Shown here piece by piece: positions 63,740 to 64,000 of a DNA stretch of 64,000 nt; within the stretch, counting starts at the first letter, position 1; the number at the start of each line of letters is the position of its first letter. A program made the position numbers and the translations under genes. The notes under the pieces were generated by a model. It was not told where the DNA came from and did no database searches. It was given only the letters and a program-made list of their open reading frames with translations. The stretch covers positions 6,386,001 to 6,450,000 of the forward strand of contig NC_088857.1 of the NCBI RefSeq assembly GCF_963853765.1, read 5' to 3'. The DNA is from Magallana gigas (lineage: Eukaryota).

Positions 63740-64000
63740 GGACTGTCTTATATGAGGATTTAACATTATACGCAGTGTTCTCCTCATTATATTTGGTAGT
63801 ATATTCATTATATGAGGTCTTTTTTACATTATATCGTGTGCATTTTCCATTATATATAGTACTTCTTTCATTATATGATGTAGTTATTTCACTATATTAT
63901 GTACATCTATCATTATATGAGGTGCTTCCAACATTATATGAGGTGCTTCTAACATTATATGCGGTCGTTCTAACATTATATGCGGTGAACACAACATTAT
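63740..64000. repeat. ~21-bp tandem repeat (AACATTATATGAGGTGCTTCT), running off the window
   Basis: Repeated CATTATATG units. Confidence 0.75.

Overview
Eukaryotic, AT-rich, spliced genomic DNA, most likely a bivalve (Crassostrea/Magallana-type oyster). This is inferred from 166-bp Cg170/HindIII-like satellite arrays carried in Helentron-type elements. Manual GT-AG exon reconstruction gives seven protein-coding genes: CNDP2 (minus, 5' part only, missed by the ORF track) head-to-head with PHRF1 (+); a signal peptide-5xEGF-TM-TIR receptor (+); pitchfork/PIFO (minus) head-to-head with GTF2H1/TFIIH p62 (+); a secreted temptin + DBH/MOXD-like copper monooxygenase fusion (minus); and an intronless secreted or anchored Cys-rich protein with a calcium-binding EGF domain (minus). 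Introns and intergenic DNA are packed with non-autonomous elements: Helentrons with different satellite cores, MITEs, Crypton-like palindromes, a CORE-SINE and a three-level nested transposon stack. The most interesting observations are (1) the temptin-monooxygenase, in which all six canonical copper ligands appear substituted and which ends in an RGG tail, (2) the EGF-TIR receptor with a repeated LRPLxERxC motif and a degenerate TIR, (3) the orphan intronless EGF protein with tandem CREs, and (4) a 110-bp tandem hairpin array. No database searches were run; homology calls come from recalled family motifs.
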